NCBI GenBank assembly: GCA_020137815.1
Contig: CM035359.1
Coordinates: 7,936,001-8,000,000 of the forward strand
Reading direction: 5' to 3'
Length of the DNA stretch: 64,000 nucleotides
DNA from: Hormiphora californensis
Lineage: Eukaryota; Animalia; Ctenophora
Part shown: positions 36,387 through 52,200 of the stretch, piece by piece
How positions within the stretch are numbered: the stretch's first letter is position 1
Layout of the letters: every line of letters starts with the position of its first letter
Translations under genes and position numbers: made by a program
Notes under the pieces: model-generated
The model's database searches: none
What the model was told of the DNA's origin: nothing
The model's input: only the letters and a program-made list of their open reading frames with translations

Positions 36387-36834
36387 TGTTAAGGTGGTCT
36401 TGTATGATAATGTGTGGGTGAATGGGTTTACTGTTTTGTATAACACTTGAGAACTACAGTATAAATTGCAAGGCAATGTTAACTTGCAATCAGTGATCTG
36501 ATGGGTATCCTCCGATTCAAGGGGTGATGGGTCAAATATCAATGGGATCGTTCTCGGGTCCTTCCGTACTATGGTGTGAGTCGGGTGATGAGTCTGGTGG
36601 TAATTGAGTCCAAGTGAGTCTCAGTGAGTGTCCTCTCCGCTTCGTATCCTCCTTTAAGTATCTCCCTGATCCTCCTCGGTAGACATAACAATTGGTTGTT
36701 CTCTGACGCAGGTGTTATAGGAATGTTACTTTACGTCAGGTGTCATAACGTTTCTCGGTATCCATCCAGCGTAGGTAATCTAGAATCCCCGGAAAGCTAT
36801 CCAAGATGATGTAATGAAATATGTGGATATAACA
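36387..36834 (-). repeat. 5' LTR
   Basis: TGTTA...TAACA termini, followed on the minus strand by the PBS-like sequence. Confidence 0.92.
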
Positions 36835-37065
36835 TAGATATAATATGTAAATTATAATTACCATAATTAGACCCATCATTAATTGGATAACGAAGTCACC
36901 CCTATTACGATGCAAGGGATATTTTCATTACCAACGTTGTTCAAGAGGTATAAAAATTACCTGTCAGTTTACGGGTTATCTTTCACCGCTTAACTCGACA
37001 CCACTGCTGGAATCACTAAATGGTTTTACTGTCTGTATTTGTTATTAACACTCATCCTTCTACAG

Positions 37066-37161
37066 AAGACACCGCAGTTCCTGCTGCTAGCAGTAGTAGT
37101 GGTTCCAGTTCCAGATCTCACTTTGGCCTGGACAACGACTTCGATTTCCAAAAACCTACCA
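37066..37161 (+). CDS. Possible host exon
   Basis: Branch/pyrimidine tract tattaacactcatccttctacag, 96 nt open in phase 1-1, GTACGT donor; no recognisable domain. Confidence 0.3.
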
Positions 37162-37241
37162 GTACGTGAAATTGATTATCCTGTATCCAATTCCTTGCCT
37201 AGATGGACTGTGTTTCGTGCGCCTCGACTATTCTGCACCGG

Positions 37242-37667
37242 AATATGTCCATGAAAACGGTCTAGGACCAGCCGAAGTGGAAATATTAAGAATGTGCATT
37301 AAATCATGAATCGGTGCATAAATATGCAAATAACGGCTTAACGGTGCGAGATAGAGATTTTTGTCCCGAGTAAGACCCCCCATAAATCGACTATTTTGCG
37401 TCGAAATATGTCCATGAAAACGTTCTAGGACCAGCCGAACTGGGAATATTCAGGATATGCATTAAATCATGAATCGGTGCATAAATATGCAAATAACGGC
37501 TTAACGGTGCGAGATACGACTTTTTGTCTGGGGGACGTCACCCCATAAATCGACTATTTGGCGTCGAAATATGTCCATGAAAACGTTCTAGGACCAGCCG
37601 AAGTGAAAATATTGAAAATATGCATAAAATCGTAAATAGGTGCATAAGTATGCAAATAACGGCTTAA
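37242..37667. repeat. ~163-bp tandem repeat, about 2.6 copies
   Basis: aatatgtccatgaaaacg recurs at about 37242, 37405 and 37568. Confidence 0.85.
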
Positions 37668-41369
<3,702 letters not shown>

Positions 41370-41969
41370 TTAAGGCCAGAGGGGGGGGGGGGGTCCGGGG
41401 GTATAAAAAGTCACTTTCGGTCTCTGGTCCGGCTCGAAGAGCCGGATCAGATGATGTGCTCAGAATGGATTTTGTGCACACTGTATTGGAGAAAATTGAG
41501 GTTAATTTTTGTCCAAAATCTAATGTTAACCTCATTTATTCATGAACCACAATAGCTGCGAAGCTAAATTTAGTACTGAATGATAGATCTAGTTATAAGG
41601 TCAACTCAAACGAAGTTTCAGACCTCTACACCTAATGGTTGGATAGAAATCTGAGGTTAACTTGATCCTCAAAAACTAAGTTATTCTTGAATATTCTCTC
41701 AGCCAGCAGGATAACAATGTCATAAAAAGGGCCATTTTTAGCTGTTTTTTCGTCATAACTCTCGACTGGCTGGTTGTGCCCGCTTCAAAATGCTCACAGC
41801 AACTCCTAAAATGGTACTGGTCGTTACCAAACCGATTTTAGGGCGGTCCGACCATCCCTTCTTTGGTCACGACCGCGCCCTAACTTGCTTCCTGAATATA
41901 ATTCTCCGCACCGCCCTAATAAGTGCCATTGTGCGTGTGCATATTGGGGGGTGGGGTTCAGCCCCCCTT

Positions 41970-42188
41970 TAAAAAATTATTATAATTGAGATCTGGCAAA
42001 AAGGAATTTCGAAAAATGGTCGAAAGAAATATTGGCTGTGGTGGTATGTTGTTGGGGGGTGGTAATTTTTTTGATGTGTGGGGGTTGGGTGGTTTGTGTT
42101 GTGGGGGGTGTGTTGGGTTTTTTGTTTTGGTTGTGTTTTTTTTTTTGGGGGTTTTTTTTTTTTTTTTGTTTTTTTTTTTTGGGTGTTT

Positions 42189-42221
<33 letters not shown>

Positions 42222-42225
42222 TTTT

Positions 42226-42267
<42 letters not shown>

Positions 42268-45200
42268 GGGTTTTTTTTTTTTTTTTTTTTTGTTTTTTTT
42301 TTTTTTTTTTTTTGGGGGGTTTTTTTTTTTTTTTTTTTTCCCAGGTTTTTGACACGGTACGACCAAGGTGGTTGGCCAATTTTTTTCGAGGTGTTGTAAA
42401 ACGAGATTTTTGAAGATTGGATGCGCTGCTACCCAGCCCCCTTTAAAGGTGTCCCTCGGGCATGAAAGATTATATCATTGAAACTTCGGGAAATGGAGGT
42501 TTGACGTCGGGTGGGAGGTAAAAAGTGGTTTTGGTCATGGGGGTTATTTTTTTTTTAAGGGGGGTTTTTTGGGCCGAACTGACCGGCTAAAATTGGGTCT
42601 CTCTCTGAGAGGGTAGCGAGTGTCCCGGCAGGTCTGTGCCCTTGTTCGATGGGGCTTGATGTACGGGTTAGTTCCAGGGATGGTAGCTTGGCTATCGTTG
42701 GAGGTATTAATGGTGAATCCAAAGCCCTAGAAAGGGGTCGTGTCCCGGTGTCTCCAAAAAAGGGGGCTTTTGGGTCTTCCGTTGATCCCATTGTCCATTG
42801 AGATAAGAGAGATGAAATTGTTAAGTTTGTGTTTGAGATTTTCCTGATTAAAGTGGGTCATTGGGCCAATTTTTCGTGGGGTAGTCTTGGGCCCCCGGCA
42901 GTGGGGGACAGATGGGCGCTCCGAAAATGCAATCGGTTTGATGAGGGCTTTTAAAAGACTAAGGTTTTGATTGAAGAAAGTGCCCCTTCTGAGGTCACGC
43001 AAGCCGTCATGGCCCGGGTTGCTTTGTGGTGAGGTCCTTGAGGCGGTTTTTTAAATGAAGTTCCAGGGATAAAATTCAGCCCAAGGTCAGTAGTTTTTCC
43101 ATTTGGAAAGCTTTGGCCTAGTTTTGTGGTGTGTGTGGGTGGGGTTTGTGTGTGTGTGTGTGTACACGGTTTTTGCCCGGGTTTTGACACGTTTTAAATA
43201 TTCTACTCATTTTCCCCATGAGTGAAAAGAAGGGAAGATGTCTCCAAGAGTAACTAAGAGTTCCCTTCGAAAACCCTTTCCCCTGCTCGTGTAATTATAA
43301 TAATAAATTAAATATACGCGAACACAAAAGTAAGGGCCGGGTTAACCCAAAAAATTACCAGGTAAAAACATTTAAATAAATCGAAAATCCTAAAAATGTG
43401 GGGCACAAAAACGTAAAACCCCCTCTTTTCGTTCGAACGTCTCTCGGGGTTTATTTTTCAAAGTTTTTAAGTGTTGTAGATTTTTTCTCTTCTGCTCCCC
43501 CTCAATACATCTGGACGGAATAACTCTGCTGTAGATTTCATATTCTCACGTGGGCCCCCAGTGAGTCAGAACATGTCTCTAGACCCAAAGGGTCCCTGAG
43601 GGCCCGGGGTTTTCCCCCTTCGGGGGCGGTTCCAAGTCTACAAATGACGATTAGGGGGTTTCGTCGACTCCAAACACAGTAAGTGCCATCATAACTGTTC
43701 GCCCCTCCCGCAGGCCAAAAAATAGGTTCTTAGTCGTATCTTTTTGGAGTGCGGTGTGGGGGAGAGCCCCCCCCAATCCCCTCGGTGCGGCTTTGCCGTT
43801 TGGGCCATCAGCGACCAAAATTAAAGGCTTTCTGCGTTCATTTCAGTCTCCCCCGTTTCTTCCTCGCTTCATTCGTTTTGTTTCTGGAGCTGTTTTCCCC
43901 TTCGTGCATTTCAACTTTAATTTTTCAGTAGGTATCTCCTCTGTCATGATGATTGACTGCCCAAAAATTCCCTTCCTCAGCCTAGCACCCTCAACATGGC
44001 CCCTCTTTAGTTTTCTTTTACTAACGCGTCATTGTAAAAGCGGAACAGACTTTATAAAAAGGGAGTTAAATTAGACTTCCCCAGGAAACGTTCATTCCTC
44101 CACATCATTCCTAATTCGGAGTCAGGGGTTTGCCAATCCAAACCCCTTGGGGGCCTTCCTATACGGTTCGTAGGGGTATCCCGTTGTTGTCACCCTCGTC
44201 CGCGTCATCAATTTTTAGACTTGCAACTCTGCAAGTCAGACAAAGGGCCTGGCAGTTTTTTTTTGCAGTAAAATCTTTTAGAGTCTTCCCTTGCTAAGTA
44301 GCTCGTCATTAGAGGGGTTGCTCATGTTGGGTGCGTGTAAAAGGTCGCAAGCATTTAGGAGGGAGAGCCGAAATTTTTGTGACACGGTTTTTGACACGGT
44401 TTTGACACGGTTTTAAACAAACGGGCCCACATTCCCCATGGGGTGCAGATTGGGGATAGCACAATATTATGCGAAAACCCGAATTACAAATTTATGAGTG
44501 CTATCCCCGTGTGCAAATTTTAAGAACACCCTGGTGATGAAATTTATTTCCTACTCTAGCCATTCAGGGTTTTAGGAACCTGTCGCCACCCGAGCAATAT
44601 TTCGTATGTTGTGATTAGAAGCTACCCCAACGGGCGCGTTTTGGAAAAACAACACGGCGACAAAAAGCGAGGGGCCCTACTGCCCGGGGTGGGGGGGATG
44701 CTAGTCCAGGTGGGGGGTAAGGGTCTTTGTTTGGGCAGGGGGTTACCGAGGGAGGCTCATGGTAGGTCCTTTTTCGAATCTCTCTAGAAGTTCCTGGCTT
44801 TCCCGGGGTTGTATAGGCAAAATCACCCAGGGAAAAGGATTCCGTTCCAAATTTTCCTCCCCCCAACGTTAATTTCAAGAGGGACAAGAGGGTTCTTTGG
44901 TATGCTTTGGTGGCGCCCGTTTCGATTGAAGGGGCAGGGGGCCCCTCTTCAAAGTTTGCCATGGATTCGATGTTCATATTTTAGAACGAAAAGGGAAATG
45001 GGGGTAGTCCGGTGGTGGCCCAATTTTCTTCTGTAAACTCGATTTTTTCTAGGGGGTCGTCAATGAGGCGCCCCCGGCGGTTCTGGGTATCCCGTAGCTT
45101 CGCTAAAAAGGGGACTCCAAACTCGGGGAAGGGGGGGTTCCTTTCGTGCTCCTAGTAGACTTGGGGGGTTTCAATTTTCCTGCCACTTCGAGGATGTGCA

Positions 45201-48200
45201 TCGAAGTGGTTCAGGGTAGAGGGGTCCAGAGCTAACAGGGCCGCAGAGGGGTTTTATCCCGGGGGGAGAAAAAGGTTTTTCTGTTCGGGGTTTAGGGGGG
45301 TTGAAAAAGAAAGGGGTTTTCTATTTTTTTTCCCCCTTTCAAAAAAATTTTTCAGACGGTGGGCTTCTACGGAGGGGGCTGGCACTATCACTCCATATGC
45401 TGCTTGGGGGCACTTTTGGACTCCTAAAAACACTTGAGATGGATTTTTGGAGTTTTTTTGCTTTGTAGTGCAAAATGCCTTAGGGTTGCCCTTTTGGGCC
45501 GCCCCTCCCCCGGGTTTTGAAAGTTTCTTGCCCCTCCGCCGGGGGGGGCCCCAGATTGCAGTCCAAGAGGAGGATCGTTTGCAGGGTGAGAACAGCGTTT
45601 GCGGGCTTTGTGGAAATCTGGTCTCCCCCGATTGTTTTTTTAGAGAGTGAAAAGCTCGTATGTTTTTGAGGTGAGGTCCTCTCTACGGTAGTGGTGAAAT
45701 TCCAGACGCGGATCTTGATCCCAAGGTAACAGAAAGCTATCCGTCTTTTCGAAAGCCCGTTCCCCCCCGGGTGAGGATGGGGTTTGGGTTTCCCCCTCGC
45801 CGGGACTGGTTTTTCCTTTAAAGACCGGGTTGGTTTGGATAGGTTGATTCGAGCCCCCCAAGATTTGCAGTAACTGCACAAAGTATTAAATTGGCGCTGG
45901 TGGTCGTCTGTTAAAGGGATAGCATAATCAGATATCCCCGAATACAAGTGATACCCCCCGAGCGCCGTGGTAGGCGTTTTCCCCCTGGTCTGTGGCTGGT
46001 TTGGAGCGTAAAATCAAACGGAAAATTTTAAAAAGCTCCGGAGATAGGGGGGCCCCCTGTTGGGTGCCTTTCCTGTTTGCACCCGTTTGCTGATGTGCCC
46101 CGAGAGTTGATTGGCTAGATGCACTATAATCTTTTTAATAGTTAGAATTTCCCGGACCCCCAATTCGCTGTTTTAGGAACCCGGCCTGTCGGGGGTTGAA
46201 TCAAAAGCTTTTGCTTTGGGAAGGCCCGACTGAAATGTAAAATCTCAGCAGAGTGATCTTGTCCGTGGGTTTTGGGAGGACGAGAGGGGGGAATCTAAAA
46301 CCCTTTGAAAACTTAAAAGAGAAACCCCGAGAGAAGCGAAAAAGAGAGGGGAACAGGGGGGCCCCAAAGAGAGGATTTTGAATAATTTTCCCCGGGGAAC
46401 AGGAAACCCGGGGAAACAAAAAAGGGGGGGGGGCCGGGGGGGGAAACAAAAAAACCGGCAGAAAGGGGGGCCAAAAAAACAACCAAACCCACCCCACAAC
46501 CCCAAACAAAAAACAAAAACCAAACCCCCAAAACCCACACACCACAACACCCCCCAAACACAAAAACAAAACCAAAACCACCACACCCCACCAAAACCCC
46601 CAACCAACCACACACACACCCACCCAAAAAACCCCCCACCCCCCCCCCCCCCCCCCCCCCAAAAAAAACCCAAACCCCCACCACAACCCCCCCACAAACC
46701 CCCCACCCCCTTTCCAAAAAATTTTTTTTGAAAAAGTTTGTTTCCAGGGGTTTAATCCCTCCTATAGCCCAAACCACAATTTAACAACCCCCCCACCCTT
46801 TTTCGGGCTGCAGGGCTCCCAATCTACCCCCCCTTTTCTCAAAGACCCCCGGTTCCCAAAGGGATTGATTCCCAAAAGTGTACCCGGTTCCCGGTTTCTT
46901 TTCCATCCATCCCACCCCTTAGGAAACCAAAATTAAACCCCCCCCCCCCCCGGGCAGGGTATGGGGGTCGGCCCAGCCGCATTGGGGCCGTTTGTGGAAA
47001 ACCCGGGTAATTACTCCCGGGCAGGCACCACCCCAAGCGTCCGCTACCCCCCGGTTTTTAAAAATGGTTTGCGTTGTTTATTTTTGAGCTACTCCGGAAA
47101 ATTCTCCCGGATGAAACTTCCGATAAAAAAATGGCAATGAAATATCCCAAAATTTTGGCAAATCGGGAGTCGACCCCCCCCCCCCCTCGGGGCCCCTTGG
47201 CGTTGCGTGGGGAGCCCCTACCAAAACGAGCTGGGAGGGCTGTAAAATTAGCGTTCAGTGATATATATAATTTTTCAACTATCTTTTTCTTTGTGATTCC
47301 TGAACCTGCCCCCACCGAGCAGCGCCCCTGGGCATGCACGTGATAGACCCCCGGGTTTTTGTTTTTTGTTTTTTTTGTTAGACCAGCTTTTCTCTTGTTC
47401 TGGAGCTCTGCTGCCCCTTTACACAAACCCCACCAGCACTCAGTTACTTAAACTACATCCGGTAACCCACATCAGTTACTCATAAAACCCTGTATGCACA
47501 ACCATCTCTCTCTCCCCCTTTTCTTTTTCTTTGTTCAACTGTGCTAGCTTTTTTGCTCCCATTCGTTGAAGAAAAAGGCAAGAAAAAAAAGAAAAGGAAT
47601 GACCCACCTATCTCCCCGGCTAGGGAAAAGGGACCCACCCATCCCGGAAAAGTAGGATCTTCGACGACGAATAAGATTTTGACCGGCGACAGACATCCCG
47701 GAATCCTACACATCAGCTTTGGAGTCCTGCCCCCGTCTACCCAAATTTTTACCCAGAAGGGGAAGTAGCTGATATCCACCCAGCTCAAACAACCTAGTGG
47801 TACCCACCGACCCTGTCATGAACTCTCCCCATTCTAGCACACCTGAGAAGTCCCCATCAAGACCCCGACGTGGGTCGAACCTGACACCGTCCCAGCGGAT
47901 GCGGAAACGAAGAGAAAGCTACGAGTCCCGAACCAGCGACACGTCAGGAAGAGGTGATGCCAAGGAAAGAAAATCTCTAGATCCAGGAGTTCATCCGTGG
48001 GACAGCAAGAACCGCCAGCAGATCTGCTGGTCCCCTGGTATGTACAAGAGTAACATCACTGCTCTAACTAGTGATTTTACCTTACCAGAGTCCAATACAG
48101 TGTACACAATAAACGATCAACTTGACTCCTCCCTGAAACACTTCCTGTCTGGTGTGGAGAATAGCATAAACGACTTCCTCGGCCTTGATCTCAAGATATT

Positions 48201-51200
48201 GAAGCCAGCATCTTGCCTGAGGTAATGTCAACCAACAGAGAATACGTGGCTATTCCCAAAGAAATTAAGGTTGGATCGGGAAAAGAGAACCGAGAACCCT
48301 ACCATGATCTTCATTGGTCTATCGGAGTCAATGACAAGACCGCTGGCCGTGAGGAAACCGAACAGATCTCCAAGTGCCCAAATATCGAAAAAAGGGCCCT
48401 CGTTAGGAAAAAGGGCAAAACCCCCTAAAATCCAATGGAGGAAAATCCCAGGCTAACAATGACAGATCAGAGGAATCGGGAACTCTCCTGGTCATCAAAG
48501 CCACCCACGCCCCTACCGATATAAACACTGGTGAAGCCACCCGAACAATTGGGTCGGAAACAGAATCCGAAAATTCGGATGCTACCACAGACACACATTC
48601 TGACACCGAGAGCTATATCTTAGAAACACCGGCGATTTTGGAACTAGGGCTTCTGACTCAACCCAAGGGAGGATGTCAAAACTAGTGACTACCCGTCAAT
48701 TCTCTTAACTCAACCACCTGTGGACCCTTTGGTGGGAAAACCCTAAAAAAGAGGGTAGCCCCCAAAGGGAAAACTTCCCTTTTGCTAAATTTAAACCCCG
48801 GGGGAAAACAATAAAAAAAAACCGGGTCCTCCCCCCCCAAAACCAAAAATTCCCCCCCAACCCCCCCCAATCTCCACACTTCGGGTGAGGGGAAAAAAAC
48901 GGGGTTGGAAATTTCCCAAAACGGGGAAACCGGGGAGGAGGAAAAAAGGGATGATCCGAATTTAAAAAGCGGAAAAGGGGGAGGAAATTTGAAAAAAAAC
49001 CCCCAGTTTGCCCCGGGGTTCCCCGGGCTGGGCCCTAAAAAAAATCCCCAAAAAACTTCCCGGAAAAACCCCCCCCGGGCCCCCCGGAACCCCCCCCTTG
49101 GGGCCCCGGACCCCCAAAATCCCTTGGACCAAAAAAGGGGCCCCCCCTTTGGGCAACCCCAAATTTGGGAATAAATTTAAAGGAAAGAAAACTCAAAAAA
49201 CCCCCAAATTTAATGGAAAAGGGTTTAAAACCCCAAATCAAGAAAGAGTTGTAAAAAAGTTGGGGGGGAAAAAAGAGAAATTGACGAAAAAAAAAAGGCT
49301 AAGGGGTTAAAAATTTGGGGAAGGGGGAAGGGAAAACCCCCAAAATTCTCCACCGAAGAAAAGTGAGAACTGAGACACGGTGAGTTAGGAACCCTTAACA
49401 AAACCCGTCCGGATGGAAAACCAAACCCCAAAACAGGGGAAAACGGGAAAACCACCCGTATTAAAAAGGCAACAAAGCCGGGGAAAAATTTTTGGCGGAA
49501 GGAGGAACCAACCAAAACCCTCAAGGGCCCCCCCAAAAAACACCCCCCCCGGAATTAAACCCGTACCCCCCCCAAACGGGGGAACCCAAAAGGGCCCCAG
49601 GCCAACCAAAAAAACGGAAGGATTGGGGAAAGAAAAGCCCCCCAAAGGCCGCCAAAAGTGCCTAATCCGACACTTTTGCGCAAACCGGGGGAAATTTTTT
49701 GGAGGGGAAAAGGCACTTTAAACGAACCCCCTCATGGGAAAAACACAAAAACGGGAGAAGAAAGGTTTTAGGAAAAATCGTGACTTGCCCCCCGCCCCTA
49801 ATACCCCAGGACAAAATTGTGTACACCCAGGGGGGTCCCAGTGATCAAACTTTTAGACCCGTAAAACCCCTTGGGGGCCGGGTTTTTCCTTCAGGGGGTT
49901 TCCCAAATCTCAGATGCTTTGGGATTTCCTCCACCCCTCAAACACATAGGAATAAACGTTTTTCCTCCTCGGGCAGGCCCAAAACAAAATTTCTTACCCA
50001 TTTTTTTAGAGTACCAACCTGTAAAAACGATGGATCCCCCATCGAATCTGGTGCCGTACCCTGCGGGGGAATTTCCCGGTTAAAAAACACCCCAAAACTT
50101 CTAAGCGTCAGAAGAAACTAGCGCCTGAGACGACCCCCCCCGCTGATCCCCCAGCCGCCAACACCCTTGAACGTACTCCCTCTCAAAGTGATACAGGGCA
50201 CCGCCCCCCAACAGAGGAAATACCGGATAATCAACACACCGTTTAAATGAGAAAAAGACGATAGCAAAGCCAGGGGTAAATTTTTTTGGGACAAAAAAAA
50301 CCTTAAGATGAGTAGGGAAATAACCCAATACTCAAATGGCGTCCCCAAGCACCACGACCCCCACCATAAAAGTTACAAATGCTCACGATACGTCTCCCTG
50401 CAGGAAATTAACAGGTGTTCCTATCCCTGACTTTGAAGGGGCCCCCCTGTCCGTAGACCAAAAAGACGAGGAGTAAGTATTTTGGTGAAGCAAAGCCCCT
50501 CCCAAGGTTTTCAGCCCTGAATGCTAATCCTGACACACGCAGTAAACTCTTGGGGAAGCTTTGGGCTTGGAAAGGCACGATATTATAAACGTATACGCAG
50601 TCCCCGGAAAGCCCCTGGAAAACCATCAAAAAGGGAGAAGATCCATTGGGCCTCAGGGTTATCTTTCTAAGTTTTTCAAGTGTCTGTAGATTCTTCGTCT
50701 CTCTGTCTTCCTCAAATCCGATTGGCAGAGATACACTCGCTGTAGATTTCACATTCTCCTGTCGGCCTTCCCCAGTAGAGTCGAACACTGTTCTAGCCCC
50801 CCCGGGGGCCCTGATGGGCCCGGGTTTTTCCCCTTTTAGCGGGGGTTCCAAGTTAAAAATGAGATATAGGGGCTTCCGTCGAGCCCTCAAACACAGTAAG
50901 TGCACGATCAGAACTGCTCGCTCCTCCCTTTGGGAGGCCATAAACAAAGTTTAGCTCTGCTATCTTTTTCTTTTAGAGCCCCCAACCTGGGGAAAGGGTT
51001 CAACGTTTTTTTGGGGAAATTTACCCGGAACCAAAAAAACTTTTTCAAGCGATCCACGAAACCCGTGAGGCGCCTGGACGACCCCGCTGAATTTCAACGC
51101 ACTTTCAGGGGTATTTTTCTGTACGGAGGGACCAAACCCTTTTTCCCCCCACCCCGAGGAAAGGGTTTACCGTAACAAACAAAAAGGGAAAAATTTTTTT

Positions 51201-52200
51201 AAAAAGGAGGTAAAAGCAAGGAAAGTTTTTCCCCCCCAAACCTTAATTGAGTCAGGCTCCCAATCATGACCCTTTGGGGCCCCAAAGGACCCCACGGGGC
51301 CCCGGGCACCTGGCTAAATCTTTACCCCTAAAATCTGCTGCAGAAAAATTGGGAGCCTATTTCAACTTAGATTCCTTCCCTTGCAAAGACCGAAAGGGGT
51401 TAGTTTCTGGGAACAAAGGTCCAAGCGTTTAAGGGCCAAAGGAAAAAATGCTTTAAATTTGGTTTTTTGGTTTGTGGTATTCTTTTTTACTTTTGGAAGG
51501 AGGACCACGGTTTTTAAACCCCCAAAAGCCCCCGCTGGAAAGCGAAAAACCCTCCCCAAAAGGGGGGGAGGAAGATACCTTGGGGCCTTCCAAAAGGGGA
51601 ACCTTTTTTAAAGTTTTCAGGGGGTTCCGGGGATTCTCCGTCTTTTTCGGGTTTTCCCCCCCTCTTATCCGGGGGCAGGAAAAAACCCCATGGGGTGAGG
51701 GGGTCACCCATTTCTAGCCGTCGGGTTTTTCCTAAAGGGGGGAGGGTGGCACGGGTCTCTAAGGAGAGGGGCCCCGGTTTTAGGGGGCCCCGGGTTTCCC
51801 AAATGAACCAAAAATGAGATTAAAAACGAGGGCCTGAGCCACCAGGGGAGGGGCCCCCGGGGAAAAAACCAGGGGGCTTCTGACCCAAAAATTTTAAAGG
51901 GGGTTTGCTTGGTTCTTCCCCGGGAAATCCTTTAAGCCCCATCCGGGGGGCGGCCCCTTTGGCATTCAAACAAAATGTTTTTTTTTTGGGACCGGGGGAG
52001 TCACAGGAAACTAGGGGGTCCAAGGTCCTTACGCTTTTGGGACTAAAGGGGGGTATCCCCGAGGGGAGTAATTTTTCTGACGGAGTGGTGTTTCCCCGGG
52101 GGTTCCCTTGAGAGGACGTGAGGAAAACTGTAGGCTTGCGAATAATCATTTCAATTTTTGTCGTGGAGCGGAAGGTTGTTTTTGCTTGGAAAAATCGCAC
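41970..52200. other. Probable low-accuracy assembly segment
   Basis: Pervasive homopolymer inflation; an otherwise clean RT ORF degrades abruptly right after FFADD at about 52220. Confidence 0.8.
45450..45950 (-). pseudogene. Garbled non-LTR RT remnant
   Basis: QRQFNTLCSYCKSWGARINLSK...FCYLGI resembles RT subdomains 6-7. Confidence 0.55.

Larger units (their letters stand above)
32961..36834 (-). mobile_element. Non-autonomous Ty3/gypsy-type LTR retrotransposon (gag-pro-IN C-terminus only)
   Basis: Two near-identical 448-bp LTRs, PBS-like TGGAGCCTGAATAC, PPT AAAGGGGATG, gag with CCHC, aspartic protease. Confidence 0.92.

Noticed and set aside
32956-36839. TSD for the LTR element (gggat / tagat)
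   Set aside because: Only 3 of 5 bases match and the left LTR end is mutated, so it is not claimed.
41969-42413. Poly-Lys/poly-Phe ORFs (also Gly/Pro-rich ORFs at 46200-46780 and 48900-49700)
   Set aside because: Homopolymer-inflated, low-quality sequence.
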